A stretch of 64,000 bases of DNA from an uncultured Planctomycetia bacterium (lineage in GTDB: Bacteria > Omnitrophota > Gorgyraeia > 1-14-0-20-64-10), in the NCBI GenBank assembly GCA_964597545.1, contig CAZQXN010000006.1:13695-77694 (forward strand). The letters are read 5' to 3'. Shown here piece after piece: positions 19,603 to 28,996 of the stretch. The notes beneath the pieces were generated by a model. It did no database searches and had not been told where the DNA came from. It worked only from the letters and a program-made list of their open reading frames with translations. Made by a program: the position numbers and the translations under genes. Every line of letters begins with the position of its first letter. The first letter of the stretch is position 1.

Positions 19603-19677
19603 GGTGGCTATGGTGTAATGGCAGCACGAGAGATTGTGGTTCTCTTAGAGCGGGTTCGACTCCCGTTAGCCACCCCA
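19603..19677 (+). tRNA. tRNA-His(GTG)
   Basis: G-1, GTGGCTA/TAGCCAC stem, C73, anticodon loop TTGTGGT, encoded CCA. Confidence 0.96.
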
Positions 19678-19732
19678 CCTTTTCCTAATAAGAAATGCGT
19701 GATTTCTGCCCAGATAGGCCATAAATATGGTA

Positions 19733-19749
19733 TATTTACATTGTAAATA
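19733..19749. promoter_or_regulatory. Likely autoregulatory operator of brnTA
   Basis: Perfect inverted repeat TATTTACA-T-TGTAAATA directly before the toxin start codon. Confidence 0.55.
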
Positions 19750-19751
19750 CC

Positions 19752-20039
19752 ATGCGTGAGATCAAGTTCATTTGGGATGAAAGCAAGAACCGACTCAACC
19801 AGAGAAAGCACAAAGTCTCTTTTGAAGAAGCGAAGACTGTCTTTTACGATGAGAGCGCGGTTGAGTTTCCCGACCCAGATCACTCGGAACGGGAAGATAG
19901 GTTTCTGATGCTTGGAATCAGCTATCGATTGCGGGTGTTGATCGTATGCCATTGCTTTAGAGAGCGAAATTCGACAATCAGGATTATTTCAGCCCGGAAA
20001 GCGACCAAGAAGGAAATCAAACGTTATGAAGAGAGGTGA
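19752..20039 (+). CDS. brnT: BrnT-family toxin
   Basis: FIWDESKN..N..KHKVSFEEA...IRIISARKA. Confidence 0.93.
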   Translation: MREIKFIWDESKNRLNQRKHKVSFEEAKTVFYDESAVEFPDPDHSEREDRFLMLGISYRLRVLIVCHCFRERNSTIRIISARKATKKEIKRYEER

Positions 20040-20042
20040 ACC

Positions 20043-20255
20043 ATGAGAGCTGAATATGATTTGACTAAGCTGAAAGGTCGGCGCAACCCGTACGCCAAGG
20101 CATTGAAGAGGCAGGTGACGATCCGTCTCGGTACGGACGTGATTGCTTATTTCAAGACGTTGGCAAATCAGACCGGCATACCCTATCAGAGCTTGATTAA
20201 CCTCTATTTGCGGGACTGCGCGGAGCGTCATCGCAAATTAGCTTGGGCCGCCTAA
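20043..20255 (+). CDS. brnA: BrnA-family antitoxin
   Basis: EYD...RNPYA...VTIRL...PYQSLIN; follows brnT. Confidence 0.88.
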   Translation: MRAEYDLTKLKGRRNPYAKALKRQVTIRLGTDVIAYFKTLANQTGIPYQSLINLYLRDCAERHRKLAWAA

Positions 20256-20270
20256 GCACAAAGGGATTCC

Positions 20271-20852
20271 ATGCCCAGCAATAAGGAAGAGGTAATTCGT
20301 GAAGTAATAAGCTTACGCAAAGAAGCTGTAGCTTTCTTCTCAAATGATTCCAAGAAGGAAAGAGAGAAATGGTGTGTCGGCACGTTTCTCAAGAATTTGC
20401 ACATTCTTTTCGATGAGAACGAGTTATTATCAGTACGCGATGAGCCGCCAGATGTTGCTTTCCGAGATGCATCATTTGAAGTGAAGGAGATAGACGAAGA
20501 AGGTCGTAAAAGGCATTCTGAGAAGAAGGAGAAATTGAAGAAAGCGAAAAGCGCTTTGAGTTTGAGGGATCTGATGGAGCCGTACAGATTCAAAGAGATT
20601 TCTCTTTCGAATGCTATCTGCAGAATGGAGGGGGTACTAGCAGAATCTGTTTATGATCCCGGTCTTTGCAGAAGGACGGACGCCTTGTTTTATCTAAACT
20701 TCGATCTTATAGACGAGCATGCCGGCCCAACCCCAGACCAAGATCTTTGGAGAAAATGGCGTTCTGTCTCTATCGTGACGAACAATAATATTTCTCGTGT
20801 TCTTTGGGCTACCGATACCGCCCCGCAGTTTATCAGGAGATCTTTCGTTTAG
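20271..20852 (+). CDS. DUF1780-like putative PD-(D/E)xK endonuclease
   Basis: EREKW...EPPDVAF...FEVKE pattern; lower GC than flanks. Confidence 0.7.
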   Translation: MPSNKEEVIREVISLRKEAVAFFSNDSKKEREKWCVGTFLKNLHILFDENELLSVRDEPPDVAFRDASFEVKEIDEEGRKRHSEKKEKLKKAKSALSLRDLMEPYRFKEISLSNAICRMEGVLAESVYDPGLCRRTDALFYLNFDLIDEHAGPTPDQDLWRKWRSVSIVTNNNISRVLWATDTAPQFIRRSFV

Positions 20853-20902
20853 AATGCTCGTGCCATGGTTTTGTTGCTCTCAAACAGGTTCTAATGTCAG
20901 CC

Positions 20903-20918
20903 AGCCACCCCACCTTTT
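20903..20918 (+). repeat. Direct repeat of tRNA-His 3' end (att-like)
   Basis: AGCCACCCCACCTTTT identical to 19668..19683. Confidence 0.7.
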
Positions 20919-20988
20919 TCTCCTAAGGTCCGATAGAGGGACACAAAACGCCGGGTCGTTTGTTGAACCGGGATTTTTAAATTAACGC

Positions 20989-21017
20989 TTGCACACTATA
21001 TGATAATAGCGTATACT
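20989..21017 (+). promoter_or_regulatory. Sigma70-like promoter for higBA
   Basis: TTGCAC-N17-TATACT. Confidence 0.6.
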
Positions 21018-21027
21018 TGGGCTTATC

Positions 21028-21318
21028 ATGATAGCGAGTTTCGGGGATGAATCGACAGAAGATATTTTTAACGGCGCAAATACCAAAGCGGCCCGACGAT
21101 TCCCCATCCAGATTTGGAAAGCAGCATCACGGAAGCTGGATATGCTCAATGCCGCTCATGAGCTGCGGGATTTGAGGGTGTCGCCGGGTAACCGGCTGGA
21201 ATCTTTGCGCGGGACCTTAGCCGGAAAACACAGCATTCGGGTTAATGATCAGTTTCGAATAGTGTTTCGCTGGAAAGATGGAAACGCTCATGAAGTGCGA
21301 ATTATCGATTACCATTAG
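21028..21318 (+). CDS. higB: HigB/RelE-family toxin
   Basis: PGNRLESLRG...HSIRVNDQFRIVF.W...IIDYH. Confidence 0.93.
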   Translation: MIASFGDESTEDIFNGANTKAARRFPIQIWKAASRKLDMLNAAHELRDLRVSPGNRLESLRGTLAGKHSIRVNDQFRIVFRWKDGNAHEVRIIDYH

Positions 21319-21332
21319 TTGAGAGGTGAAGC

Positions 21333-21605
21333 ATGATTCCAAAACATCGCAAACCAAGTCACCCCGGGGAAATTCTTCTTGAGGAATTTCTGGTGCCAAT
21401 GGGATTGAGCCAGGTGGAGCTGGCGCGCCGGATGAAAGTGCCAATACAGCGGGTCAACACCCTTGTCAACGGCAAGCGGGACATCTCGGCGGAGACCGCC
21501 ATTCTGTTGAGCCGGGTTCTGAACACCAGCCCCGAATTTTGGATGAATCTCCAAGATGCGCGTGATCTCTTTGAGGCCAGGGAACATCTGGCCCGCGCCG
21601 CTTAG
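21333..21605 (+). CDS. higA: HigA-family antitoxin
   Basis: HPGEILLEEFL...HTH...FWMNLQ. Confidence 0.93.
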   Translation: MIPKHRKPSHPGEILLEEFLVPMGLSQVELARRMKVPIQRVNTLVNGKRDISAETAILLSRVLNTSPEFWMNLQDARDLFEAREHLARAA

Positions 21606-21666
21606 GCAGCTCTCAGGCAGGCTCTAATGTTGTCCAGCCGGCCGCCCCAGCTTTGAATTCAGTATC

Positions 21667-22575
21667 ATGCCCATGAACAGAGAAGGCCACACACGCCGGA
21701 TCCAAAAAGTCCTCTGGAGAGTCCTGGCGCTCAACGCGCTGGTCGCGGCAGCCAAGATTTTCTACGGCCTCTTCAGCCGCTCGGCCAGCATGACGGCGGA
21801 CGGCTTCCATTCTTTATCCGACGGAGCCTCGAACATCATCGGCCTCGTCGGCATCCGTCTGAGCGCGCAGCCGCAGGATACGGATCATCCGTACGGCCAC
21901 AAGAAGTTCGAGACGCTCTTCGCCATGGGGATCGCCGCCATGCTCTTTTTGGTGGCGTTCGGCCTTGTCCAGAAAGGAATCAGCCGCATCATAGAGCCGG
22001 TCATCCCGCGGGTGGATTTTGTCAGCTTCGCGGTGATGCTGATCACCTTGGCGGTCAACGTCTCGGTGATGCTGTATGAGTACCGGCGCGGCAAAGCACT
22101 GCAGAGCGACATCCTGGTCGCCGATTCCCTGCATACGCGCGCCGACATCTTCACCTCCTGTTCGGTCATTGCCGCTCTGATCGGCGTCAAGGCCGGCGTG
22201 CCGGTGATTGACCCCATCATCACGCTGGTCATCGCCGCCTTCATTGTCCATTCCGCCGTCGGGATCGTCCGGCAGGAGGCCGGGATTCTGTGCGACGCGG
22301 TCGCCATAGGAGACACCGGAAAGGTCCGGGGTGCCGCGCTCCGGATCGAGGGGGTCAAGGGGTGCCACAAGATCCGCAGCCGGGGCCGGCCCGACGACGT
22401 GCATCTGGATCTGCATGTGCAGGTGGACGGGAAGATGACGATAGAGGAGTCACACCGGATCAGCCACCGCATCCAGGAGGCGATCGGCGAGGCATTTCCC
22501 CAGGTAACCGATGTGATTGTCCATATGGAGCCGGCCGGGCAATCCAGCGGTTTGAATCCACCCCGCTTGTGTTAG
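21667..22575 (+). CDS. Cation diffusion facilitator transporter
   Basis: ADGFHSLSD, HPYGHKKFE, HTRAD and C-terminal HMEP. Confidence 0.93.
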   Translation: MPMNREGHTRRIQKVLWRVLALNALVAAAKIFYGLFSRSASMTADGFHSLSDGASNIIGLVGIRLSAQPQDTDHPYGHKKFETLFAMGIAAMLFLVAFGLVQKGISRIIEPVIPRVDFVSFAVMLITLAVNVSVMLYEYRRGKALQSDILVADSLHTRADIFTSCSVIAALIGVKAGVPVIDPIITLVIAAFIVHSAVGIVRQEAGILCDAVAIGDTGKVRGAALRIEGVKGCHKIRSRGRPDDVHLDLHVQVDGKMTIEESHRISHRIQEAIGEAFPQVTDVIVHMEPAGQSSGLNPPRLC

Positions 22576-22630
22576 TAGGAATTAAAATCTAATAATCTAG
22601 CTTGACGCTTAGAGAATAGTTAAGTAAACT
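22571..22630 (+). promoter_or_regulatory. GTTAGTA box plus sigma70-like promoter of giant gene 1
   Basis: GTTAGTA at 22571; TTGACG-N17-TAAACT. Confidence 0.55.
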
Positions 22631-22720
22631 TTAAATATAACCCAATATTTACGACCCCGCGAGATTTGACCTCGGAACCATGTTCGCCGCCATGCGGCAC
22701 TCCATAGGGGGGGAGTACCC

Positions 22721-25700
22721 ATGAAGAAAGTGAATGTCTCTTTTTTGAAACGAACCCAGCCTCTTTTTTTAACGATCCTCTTGGCCAGCTTTGTTCTGAC
22801 CCAGCCTGCTTTTGCCCTGCGCGCCAGTGGTGTAGATGCTAGGGGGCAAAAAACGGTACGCTCAGGCTTGGAAGAAACGCTTAAACGGGCCGGAGCGGCG
22901 GCCCGGGCCGGGAATCCGGATGCAGCGCTGGAAGCCGGCGCCTCTGCTGTTGGGCAATTGGCCAGCGCAGCCGGACTCCTTCCGGTAGCCCCGAAGCCCC
23001 CTGGTTTCGCCACCGGCCTGGAGGAAGACGCAGTGGCTGATTTGGACCAAGCCATCTCATATCTTCTGCGCGATCCCGAGGACCCGGACTTGGTGAATGT
23101 GAATGATTTGCTGGCCGAGAAAAATCCAACTGATCTGGCGAAAGGGTTCAGGCTGGCCGCGGCTATTCTTGGCAAAATGACGAGACTCCTCGATGAAGAA
23201 ACGATGGAAGTGCTGGAGGCTTTGATTGCCCGAGGCAAGGAGGAGACCGGCCCGGTATTGAGTGCTGCTTCTGTTGCGGGCGAGGCACTTGAGAGCTTGC
23301 CTGGCAGGGCCGAAGAAGCCAGCTTTGATGCACTCGCTGAGAGATATAAAGCCAGCGGTTTAGAGGAACGGCGGGGCATGACTCGCCGGGAAATGCTTAT
23401 TGGCCTGGCGGCAGCTGGAGCCGGGTTGGCGGTGGGTGTGCCCACGGGAATGTTTCTTCCGAGGTCAGACTCGCCATCGGCCGCTTCTTCGGCTGCACCG
23501 GACGCGGCACAGACAACCCCTGCCCTCACTTGGACCGGTGCGCACTACGAAAAGGGCAGATGGTCTTCTATCGCCTTAACCGGGTACCCTCAGGGTGCGG
23601 TTGCGAGTCTCTGGCGTGCGGAAACAGCACCGCAAGGTCAGCCTCGAAGTTGGGTATTGTTGGGCAGTTCTGATCCCGAGACACAACCCCGATTTGGAGA
23701 GAACGGAAGAGTGGAGCTGAGAGCGGTCCCAGAAGAAATCCCTCTGGAGCCGAACCAGACTCGGATCATAGTCGTCCACGATGTTCAAGCGTGGAACCGG
23801 TTGATGGAGGCATCTGGACCGGAGAACAGGTTAGACGAAACAAGGTTGAACCAGCTCTTGGGGGATCAGGAATTTGTTCAAACAACAGGGTTGAATGTGA
23901 CTGAAATTGCACCCCCAGACGTCAAGTATCTTTCCGCCTTCTCGGTGGAAGCCAAGGTAGACGAACTCCACTATGGACCTTTTGGGGTCGTCCTGCGGTT
24001 GGTCGAGATCCAAGGCGGCTCAGCGGTAGGCGTTTGGCGCAAGCAGAATCTTCCGCACGGACCGGAAGTGTGGAGTTACGACCCGTCGGAAGGATATGAG
24101 GTGGTGAAAGATGTTTGGGCTGGCCGGGGTTCGATACGGCTGGGTGCCAATTGGACAAAGCCCCCACTGCATGCTGGAGAATTTCGTATTGTCATTATGC
24201 CGAATCTCGCCACCTGGGACCACTGGGTGAGATCGGCAAACGAGATGGATGACTTTTCTAACAAGCTTTGGATGTCCACTGAAGAGATGGATCGGTTGGC
24301 TTCCGCTAAGCTTTTTGGGCCGACGACAGCGTTTTTCGTGGTTGAGGTGGGAGACCGGGTGCTTCAGGTTGTCTCGGCGCCACCCGCCGGCCTGGAGGAG
24401 CAGGGAGAAAGCCTGACCTGGAGGGCTTGGATGGCCACGGTGGGTGCTTGGGGGCCTACCAGGAGTTTCCTGAGTCGCGAGGTTATGCCGGCCGATCGAG
24501 CTGCCTTGCGTCGCCAAATCAACGGTCTGCTCAACCGCATGGTTCGGCAAGGGTACGTGGACAATATTCGTCCCATCCTTAAGCATGGGATTCCGGCAGC
24601 GGTCAAGAGCTTAATGCCGATGCAGTTCACTGGTGGGACAGGTTTTGGCGGCGAGCACTTTTACAGCAGGGAACTGGACTGGAACAAGCTGGATTTCGTC
24701 ATGGATTTCCTCTTTGAACTCGGGATTGAGTACCCGAATTGGAGCGAGCTGACGTCTGCGGAACTGGTACAACTTGTCGAGGAGGCCACTCACCTCTACG
24801 AACAGGCCATGGATTACCAAGTGGAAGTCGTCCTGCCGGCGGAAGGCGTTCGTTCTGATATTGAAGCTGCCGAGCGCGAAAGGATGCAGGCAAGAGCAGA
24901 AGCATTAAAGACAAGAGGGTCAGAGGTATTGGAGCACATGTTGTCGGCTGACGAAATTGATGAGGCGGCGACGATAGCCAATTATGAGGAAAAGGATCCC
25001 AATCTCGAAATAAAAAGGCTGCACCGCCACGAGGCTCCTCTTCGGGAAGATCTGGAGAGGCTAGAGGAGGAACTGCGCCAAATAAGCGAAGAGATGCAAC
25101 AGGGGTGGCGGATCCAGCATGTGCGGATTGTTCCCGCCGCCGGCCTGGAGGAAGTGGAAATAGTCTCCGAGCCGATAAGGCAATTCACAGGCCACGGCCA
25201 ATGGGTGTATGGCGTGGCCTTCTCCCCTGACAGCCGATATCTCGCTTCGGCAAGCGCGGACGAGACGGTTCGCCTTTGGGAGGTCAACAGCGGCAGCGAA
25301 GTCCGGCGATTCAAAGGCCATACCGACAGGGCGTGTCGCGTGGCCTTCTCCCCTGACAGCCGATACCTCGCCTCGGCAGGCGACGACAGGACGGTTCGCC
25401 TCTGGGATGTCGCCACCGGCAGCGAAGTCTGGCGATTCGAAAGCCAAGAACAAGGAATGCATATTCATAACATGGCCTTCTCCCCTGACAGCCGATACCT
25501 CACCTCGACAGGCAGCGGCAAGACGGTTCGCTTCTGGGATGTCGCCACCGGCAGCGAAATCCGGAAATTCGAGATCGGCTGGGTGTATACCATAGCCTTC
25601 TCCCCTGACAGCCGATACCTCGCCTCGGCAGGCGGCAAGACGATTCGCCTCTGGGATGTCGACGCCGGCAGTGAAGTCTGGCAATTCGAAGGCGACGACC

Positions 25701-28700
25701 TAATGATGGTGCGTGCCGTAGCCTTCTCCCCTGACAGCCGATACCTTGCCTCGGCAGGCGGCGACAGGACGGTTCGCCTCTGGGATGTCGCCACCGGCAG
25801 CGAAGTCCGGCAATTCAAAGGCCATACCAACTGGGTGTATACCGTGGCCTTCTCCCCTGACAGCCGATACCTTGCCTCGGCAGGGGAGGACAGGATGGTT
25901 CGCCTCTGGGATGTCGCCACCGGCAGCGAAATCCGGCGATTCGAAAGCCACGGCAAAGCGGTGCGTGACGTGGTCTTCTCCCCTGATAGCCGATACCTTA
26001 CCTCGACAGGTGATGGCAACACGATTCGCCTCTGGGAGAGCGGCCTCACCACTACCGGCCTGGAGGAAGGTAAGTCGCCTCGGCCCACCACAGCGCCCAG
26101 CTTCCTGGCGGCCACATTGGAGGCATCCATGGAGCTGGCAAGCGATGGGCCTGTGGCTGTAGCTGATTTGACTGCGGGAGTCAACCAAAGACAGGCTCGG
26201 CAGCTAAAAGAGTCGACTGTGGCAGACCACCTGCATCTGCTGTGGCTTGGCGGAGCCCTAGACAGAGGAGGAAGCACCAAGCGGGACGCAAGATATCAAT
26301 TGGCACGCCGTCCATCGTCAGCCCGCCTGCAAGCTGTTCAGCGCTATCTTAACGGGGCGGCAGGAAGTGCAGTGCGCTACAGCACGCCAAGCGAGCGCAA
26401 AGCGCTTGTTGCCCAACTGCGGAACATTGTCTATACGACGGACGTATCGCGGGCAGCCAAAGCGTACACAGCTGAAGGCGCTGGCGCTGTTCAGACTGCC
26501 GATGACCTGGAGCAGATTGCAGAGGCACTCGGCCTATCCCTTGTGATGCTCAAGCCCGACGCAATCAAGAGGCGACAGGATCGCGCCATCCTGGATTTGC
26601 TTTGGGATGCCAGCAGAGTGCAGATTGTATACATAGGCCAACAGGTTGCGTTGGACCAGGAGACCCAAATAGAGCCCTTTTATGAAGAGCACAGGGAGAA
26701 AGTCTTCTTTCAGGTCCTTCTCGACTACATCGGCGGCGGGGAGGTCGTTCCCATGCTGGTGAGGTCTACAGCCGCCGACGAATCTCCGATCGACCACATC
26801 GCCCGCATTATCGGGCCCACCAACGGCGGCTTTGACAGAGTGAACCCAGCGTCCAGCACCCCGCAAGGCATACGGGGCGCATTGATGAGCGCTCGGGACA
26901 TCAGCTCTGACCCCAGCAGATTCCCGACAACCAACAGAATTCATCGCTCATCCGGCACTTATGCAGATGTCGTCCAAGAAGCCGGTCTCGCCTTTGGCGG
27001 CACAGAGGCGCTGGCGCAGATCGTAGCTGCCCGTGTCTTAAAGATACAGCCCCCCGAACTCGCCTCCGGCCAGGAGGAGGGGGAGACGATGTTCGACCCT
27101 AGGTGGGCTGGGCTACTGGAGCAGTATCGCCTTGAGAGCGTTGAGGAGTTAAGGAGCAATTTGCTCCGGGCATTTACCGATCCGAGCTTTGCGTGGCTCA
27201 CCCCTAAGATGCTCTGGCAAGCGTGGCTCTATGATGAGGAGCGAGGCTTTGATGAAGCTGGCGAAGCGGTGCACATATGGTCTTATGAGGATATAGATGG
27301 TGCTCTCGAGGGATATGCACTTGGCCAGCGGGTTGAGGTGTATCCGGTCAGCACCAGCGAGGTGCGGATTGATATTTTATCCCCCTCCTCACATCCAGGT
27401 GCGCGACCAGTGGGCACCTCTAGCACTGCTACCGTGGGAGAGATAGGTCCCAAGCTGCATGCAGCATTCACCAACTCCCATCCGCGAAGTGATAGTCGGC
27501 TCACCCCAGGGTCGTTGCAGGGGATCGCATTTTACGATGACACACGCCCTATGCAGTATGGTACTCACTTTGTGGCGGATATAACCGACAGGACTAGCTT
27601 GAGAGATGTTCTTGAACAGTATCAGTCCGATCAGCCCGTTACACTCAGCGTGACGGGTAAGCATAAGCTGGCGCTTACAATCATATCCGCCTCCGGCCAG
27701 GAGGAGGGGAAGATAGAAAGGGAAATAGAGGAGGTGAGGGAAAGGCTTGCCGTTGTTAATCATCAACTTGCGCTGGCGAGATTTGTCAGGGCTGAGACGT
27801 TTATGGATCCAGAGCCTAGGTTGCCAGAAGAATCTGCAGAGTTGGACGAGCAATGGCACGTTTTGGTTGGCGACCTAAAACGTCTTCGGCAGGAGCAGCG
27901 AGCTCAGGAGATGGGACTCACCAGCCGGACCGGCCAGGAGGAGGGGGTTGCCAAACCTTTAAGCGAATTGCGGCCTTCACGCTACCTGAGGGACGATTGC
28001 CTTGTTGATTCGAATGCTGGAACAAAGGTGTTTCTGGTTTCCAAAAATCAGCGCGGGTCAGAAGACGTGAGTTTGATAAACATAGCTACACGGGACCCCC
28101 TGGCGTTGCCGGTCCTGATGCTGAAAAAATATCACGTCCTCCGCAGAAGGGCCTCCGGCCAGGAGGAGGCGGTGCGGCAAGCCGCACATGCGTACCTGGC
28201 TCAACCCGGGGTTTTGGAGCAGCTGGATGCTGCAGGTGGCAGCGTGCTGCTGAATTCAGCGGCTGCGCGGCGGTTGCATCCGGCAGCAATGGCGGCCACC
28301 TTGACGCGGGCAGGTGCACCTGCCGGCGTTGAAGAGCCCCCCGGCTTGGTCCTTTCAGACAGCAATCTCATCCCCCAGCGCAACCCTGCGTTACGGAATC
28401 TAGCTATGGTACCGCTGGGCTCCAGCTGGCAGGATGTCGAAAACGCCATCCAGCAGGCCAGCCCCTTTGACTTAATCTTGGTTGAAAAGGAAGCTGGACT
28501 ATCCCCGGAGGTGGTTGCCGCGGCTTTAAGCCAAGCCTTTGGGCAAGGGCCCTCGGCCCGAGCAGTGCTGGCAGATCCCCAGCAGATCGAACTCATTTCA
28601 GCCCAGGCCCTCTATGAGGTCTGGACCGACCAGAGCTTGCCCAAGGTGGTGGCCCTGGGGATCTTTCTCCAGATTCAGACTAAGGCCGGAGAGACCTTTA

Positions 28701-28720
28701 ATCTCGCCATCTGGATGTAA
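22721..28720 (+). CDS. Giant modular secreted protein 1 (xG(L/Q)EE-delimited; WD40, wHTH-NDK and unknown modules)
   Basis: Signal peptide ending AFA-LR; 10 xG(L/Q)EE linkers; 7 WD40 repeats; NDK motifs KPDA...NRIHRS. Confidence 0.85.
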   Translation: MKKVNVSFLKRTQPLFLTILLASFVLTQPAFALRASGVDARGQKTVRSGLEETLKRAGAAARAGNPDAALEAGASAVGQLASAAGLLPVAPKPPGFATGLEEDAVADLDQAISYLLRDPEDPDLVNVNDLLAEKNPTDLAKGFRLAAAILGKMTRLLDEETMEVLEALIARGKEETGPVLSAASVAGEALESLPGRAEEASFDALAERYKASGLEERRGMTRREMLIGLAAAGAGLAVGVPTGMFLPRSDSPSAASSAAPDAAQTTPALTWTGAHYEKGRWSSIALTGYPQGAVASLWRAETAPQGQPRSWVLLGSSDPETQPRFGENGRVELRAVPEEIPLEPNQTRIIVVHDVQAWNRLMEASGPENRLDETRLNQLLGDQEFVQTTGLNVTEIAPPDVKYLSAFSVEAKVDELHYGPFGVVLRLVEIQGGSAVGVWRKQNLPHGPEVWSYDPSEGYEVVKDVWAGRGSIRLGANWTKPPLHAGEFRIVIMPNLATWDHWVRSANEMDDFSNKLWMSTEEMDRLASAKLFGPTTAFFVVEVGDRVLQVVSAPPAGLEEQGESLTWRAWMATVGAWGPTRSFLSREVMPADRAALRRQINGLLNRMVRQGYVDNIRPILKHGIPAAVKSLMPMQFTGGTGFGGEHFYSRELDWNKLDFVMDFLFELGIEYPNWSELTSAELVQLVEEATHLYEQAMDYQVEVVLPAEGVRSDIEAAERERMQARAEALKTRGSEVLEHMLSADEIDEAATIANYEEKDPNLEIKRLHRHEAPLREDLERLEEELRQISEEMQQGWRIQHVRIVPAAGLEEVEIVSEPIRQFTGHGQWVYGVAFSPDSRYLASASADETVRLWEVNSGSEVRRFKGHTDRACRVAFSPDSRYLASAGDDRTVRLWDVATGSEVWRFESQEQGMHIHNMAFSPDSRYLTSTGSGKTVRFWDVATGSEIRKFEIGWVYTIAFSPDSRYLASAGGKTIRLWDVDAGSEVWQFEGDDLMMVRAVAFSPDSRYLASAGGDRTVRLWDVATGSEVRQFKGHTNWVYTVAFSPDSRYLASAGEDRMVRLWDVATGSEIRRFESHGKAVRDVVFSPDSRYLTSTGDGNTIRLWESGLTTTGLEEGKSPRPTTAPSFLAATLEASMELASDGPVAVADLTAGVNQRQARQLKESTVADHLHLLWLGGALDRGGSTKRDARYQLARRPSSARLQAVQRYLNGAAGSAVRYSTPSERKALVAQLRNIVYTTDVSRAAKAYTAEGAGAVQTADDLEQIAEALGLSLVMLKPDAIKRRQDRAILDLLWDASRVQIVYIGQQVALDQETQIEPFYEEHREKVFFQVLLDYIGGGEVVPMLVRSTAADESPIDHIARIIGPTNGGFDRVNPASSTPQGIRGALMSARDISSDPSRFPTTNRIHRSSGTYADVVQEAGLAFGGTEALAQIVAARVLKIQPPELASGQEEGETMFDPRWAGLLEQYRLESVEELRSNLLRAFTDPSFAWLTPKMLWQAWLYDEERGFDEAGEAVHIWSYEDIDGALEGYALGQRVEVYPVSTSEVRIDILSPSSHPGARPVGTSSTATVGEIGPKLHAAFTNSHPRSDSRLTPGSLQGIAFYDDTRPMQYGTHFVADITDRTSLRDVLEQYQSDQPVTLSVTGKHKLALTIISASGQEEGKIEREIEEVRERLAVVNHQLALARFVRAETFMDPEPRLPEESAELDEQWHVLVGDLKRLRQEQRAQEMGLTSRTGQEEGVAKPLSELRPSRYLRDDCLVDSNAGTKVFLVSKNQRGSEDVSLINIATRDPLALPVLMLKKYHVLRRRASGQEEAVRQAAHAYLAQPGVLEQLDAAGGSVLLNSAAARRLHPAAMAATLTRAGAPAGVEEPPGLVLSDSNLIPQRNPALRNLAMVPLGSSWQDVENAIQQASPFDLILVEKEAGLSPEVVAAALSQAFGQGPSARAVLADPQQIELISAQALYEVWTDQSLPKVVALGIFLQIQTKAGETFNLAIWM
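25154..26053 (+). repeat. Seven near-identical WD40-coding repeats
   Basis: Recurrent TTCTCCCCTGAYAGCCGATAYCT / FSPDSRYL, about 120-130 nt period. Confidence 0.9.
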
Positions 28721-28790
28721 AATCGGTACCAGGTACCAAACCTAACACCGGTACCGGGTACACTTTTCAACAGCGTACCCGGTACCTAGG
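28721..28790. repeat. GGTACC-rich palindromic REP-like cluster
   Basis: ATCGGTACCAGGTACC plus variants immediately after the stop of giant gene 1. Confidence 0.75.
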
Positions 28791-28937
28791 TTGATCCCCG
28801 ATCAAGTCGGGGATGACACCCCCCTAAAAAACGGTGGCGGGCACCGATTCCTGTGATACAATCATTCCTGAATCATCACCCAACAGGCTGGGTATGCGCA
28901 TTCCACACATCTGCACCTCGTACAAAAAGCATTCTGT

Positions 28938-28977
28938 AGCCCTTCGGCTTCCGTAACGAAGTCAAAGGGCTTTTTTT
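28938..28977 (+). terminator. Intrinsic terminator-like hairpin in the leader of the hdr operon
   Basis: AGCCCTT-C-GGCTTC/GAAGTC-A-AAGGGCT stem followed by a T run. Confidence 0.6.
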
Positions 28978-28996
28978 ATTGGCAGACAGGAGGCAC

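Noticed and set aside
25154-26053. Regularly spaced DNA repeats as a CRISPR array
   Set aside because: Repeats are in-frame WD40 units of about 120-130 nt within a long ORF; no cas genes in the window
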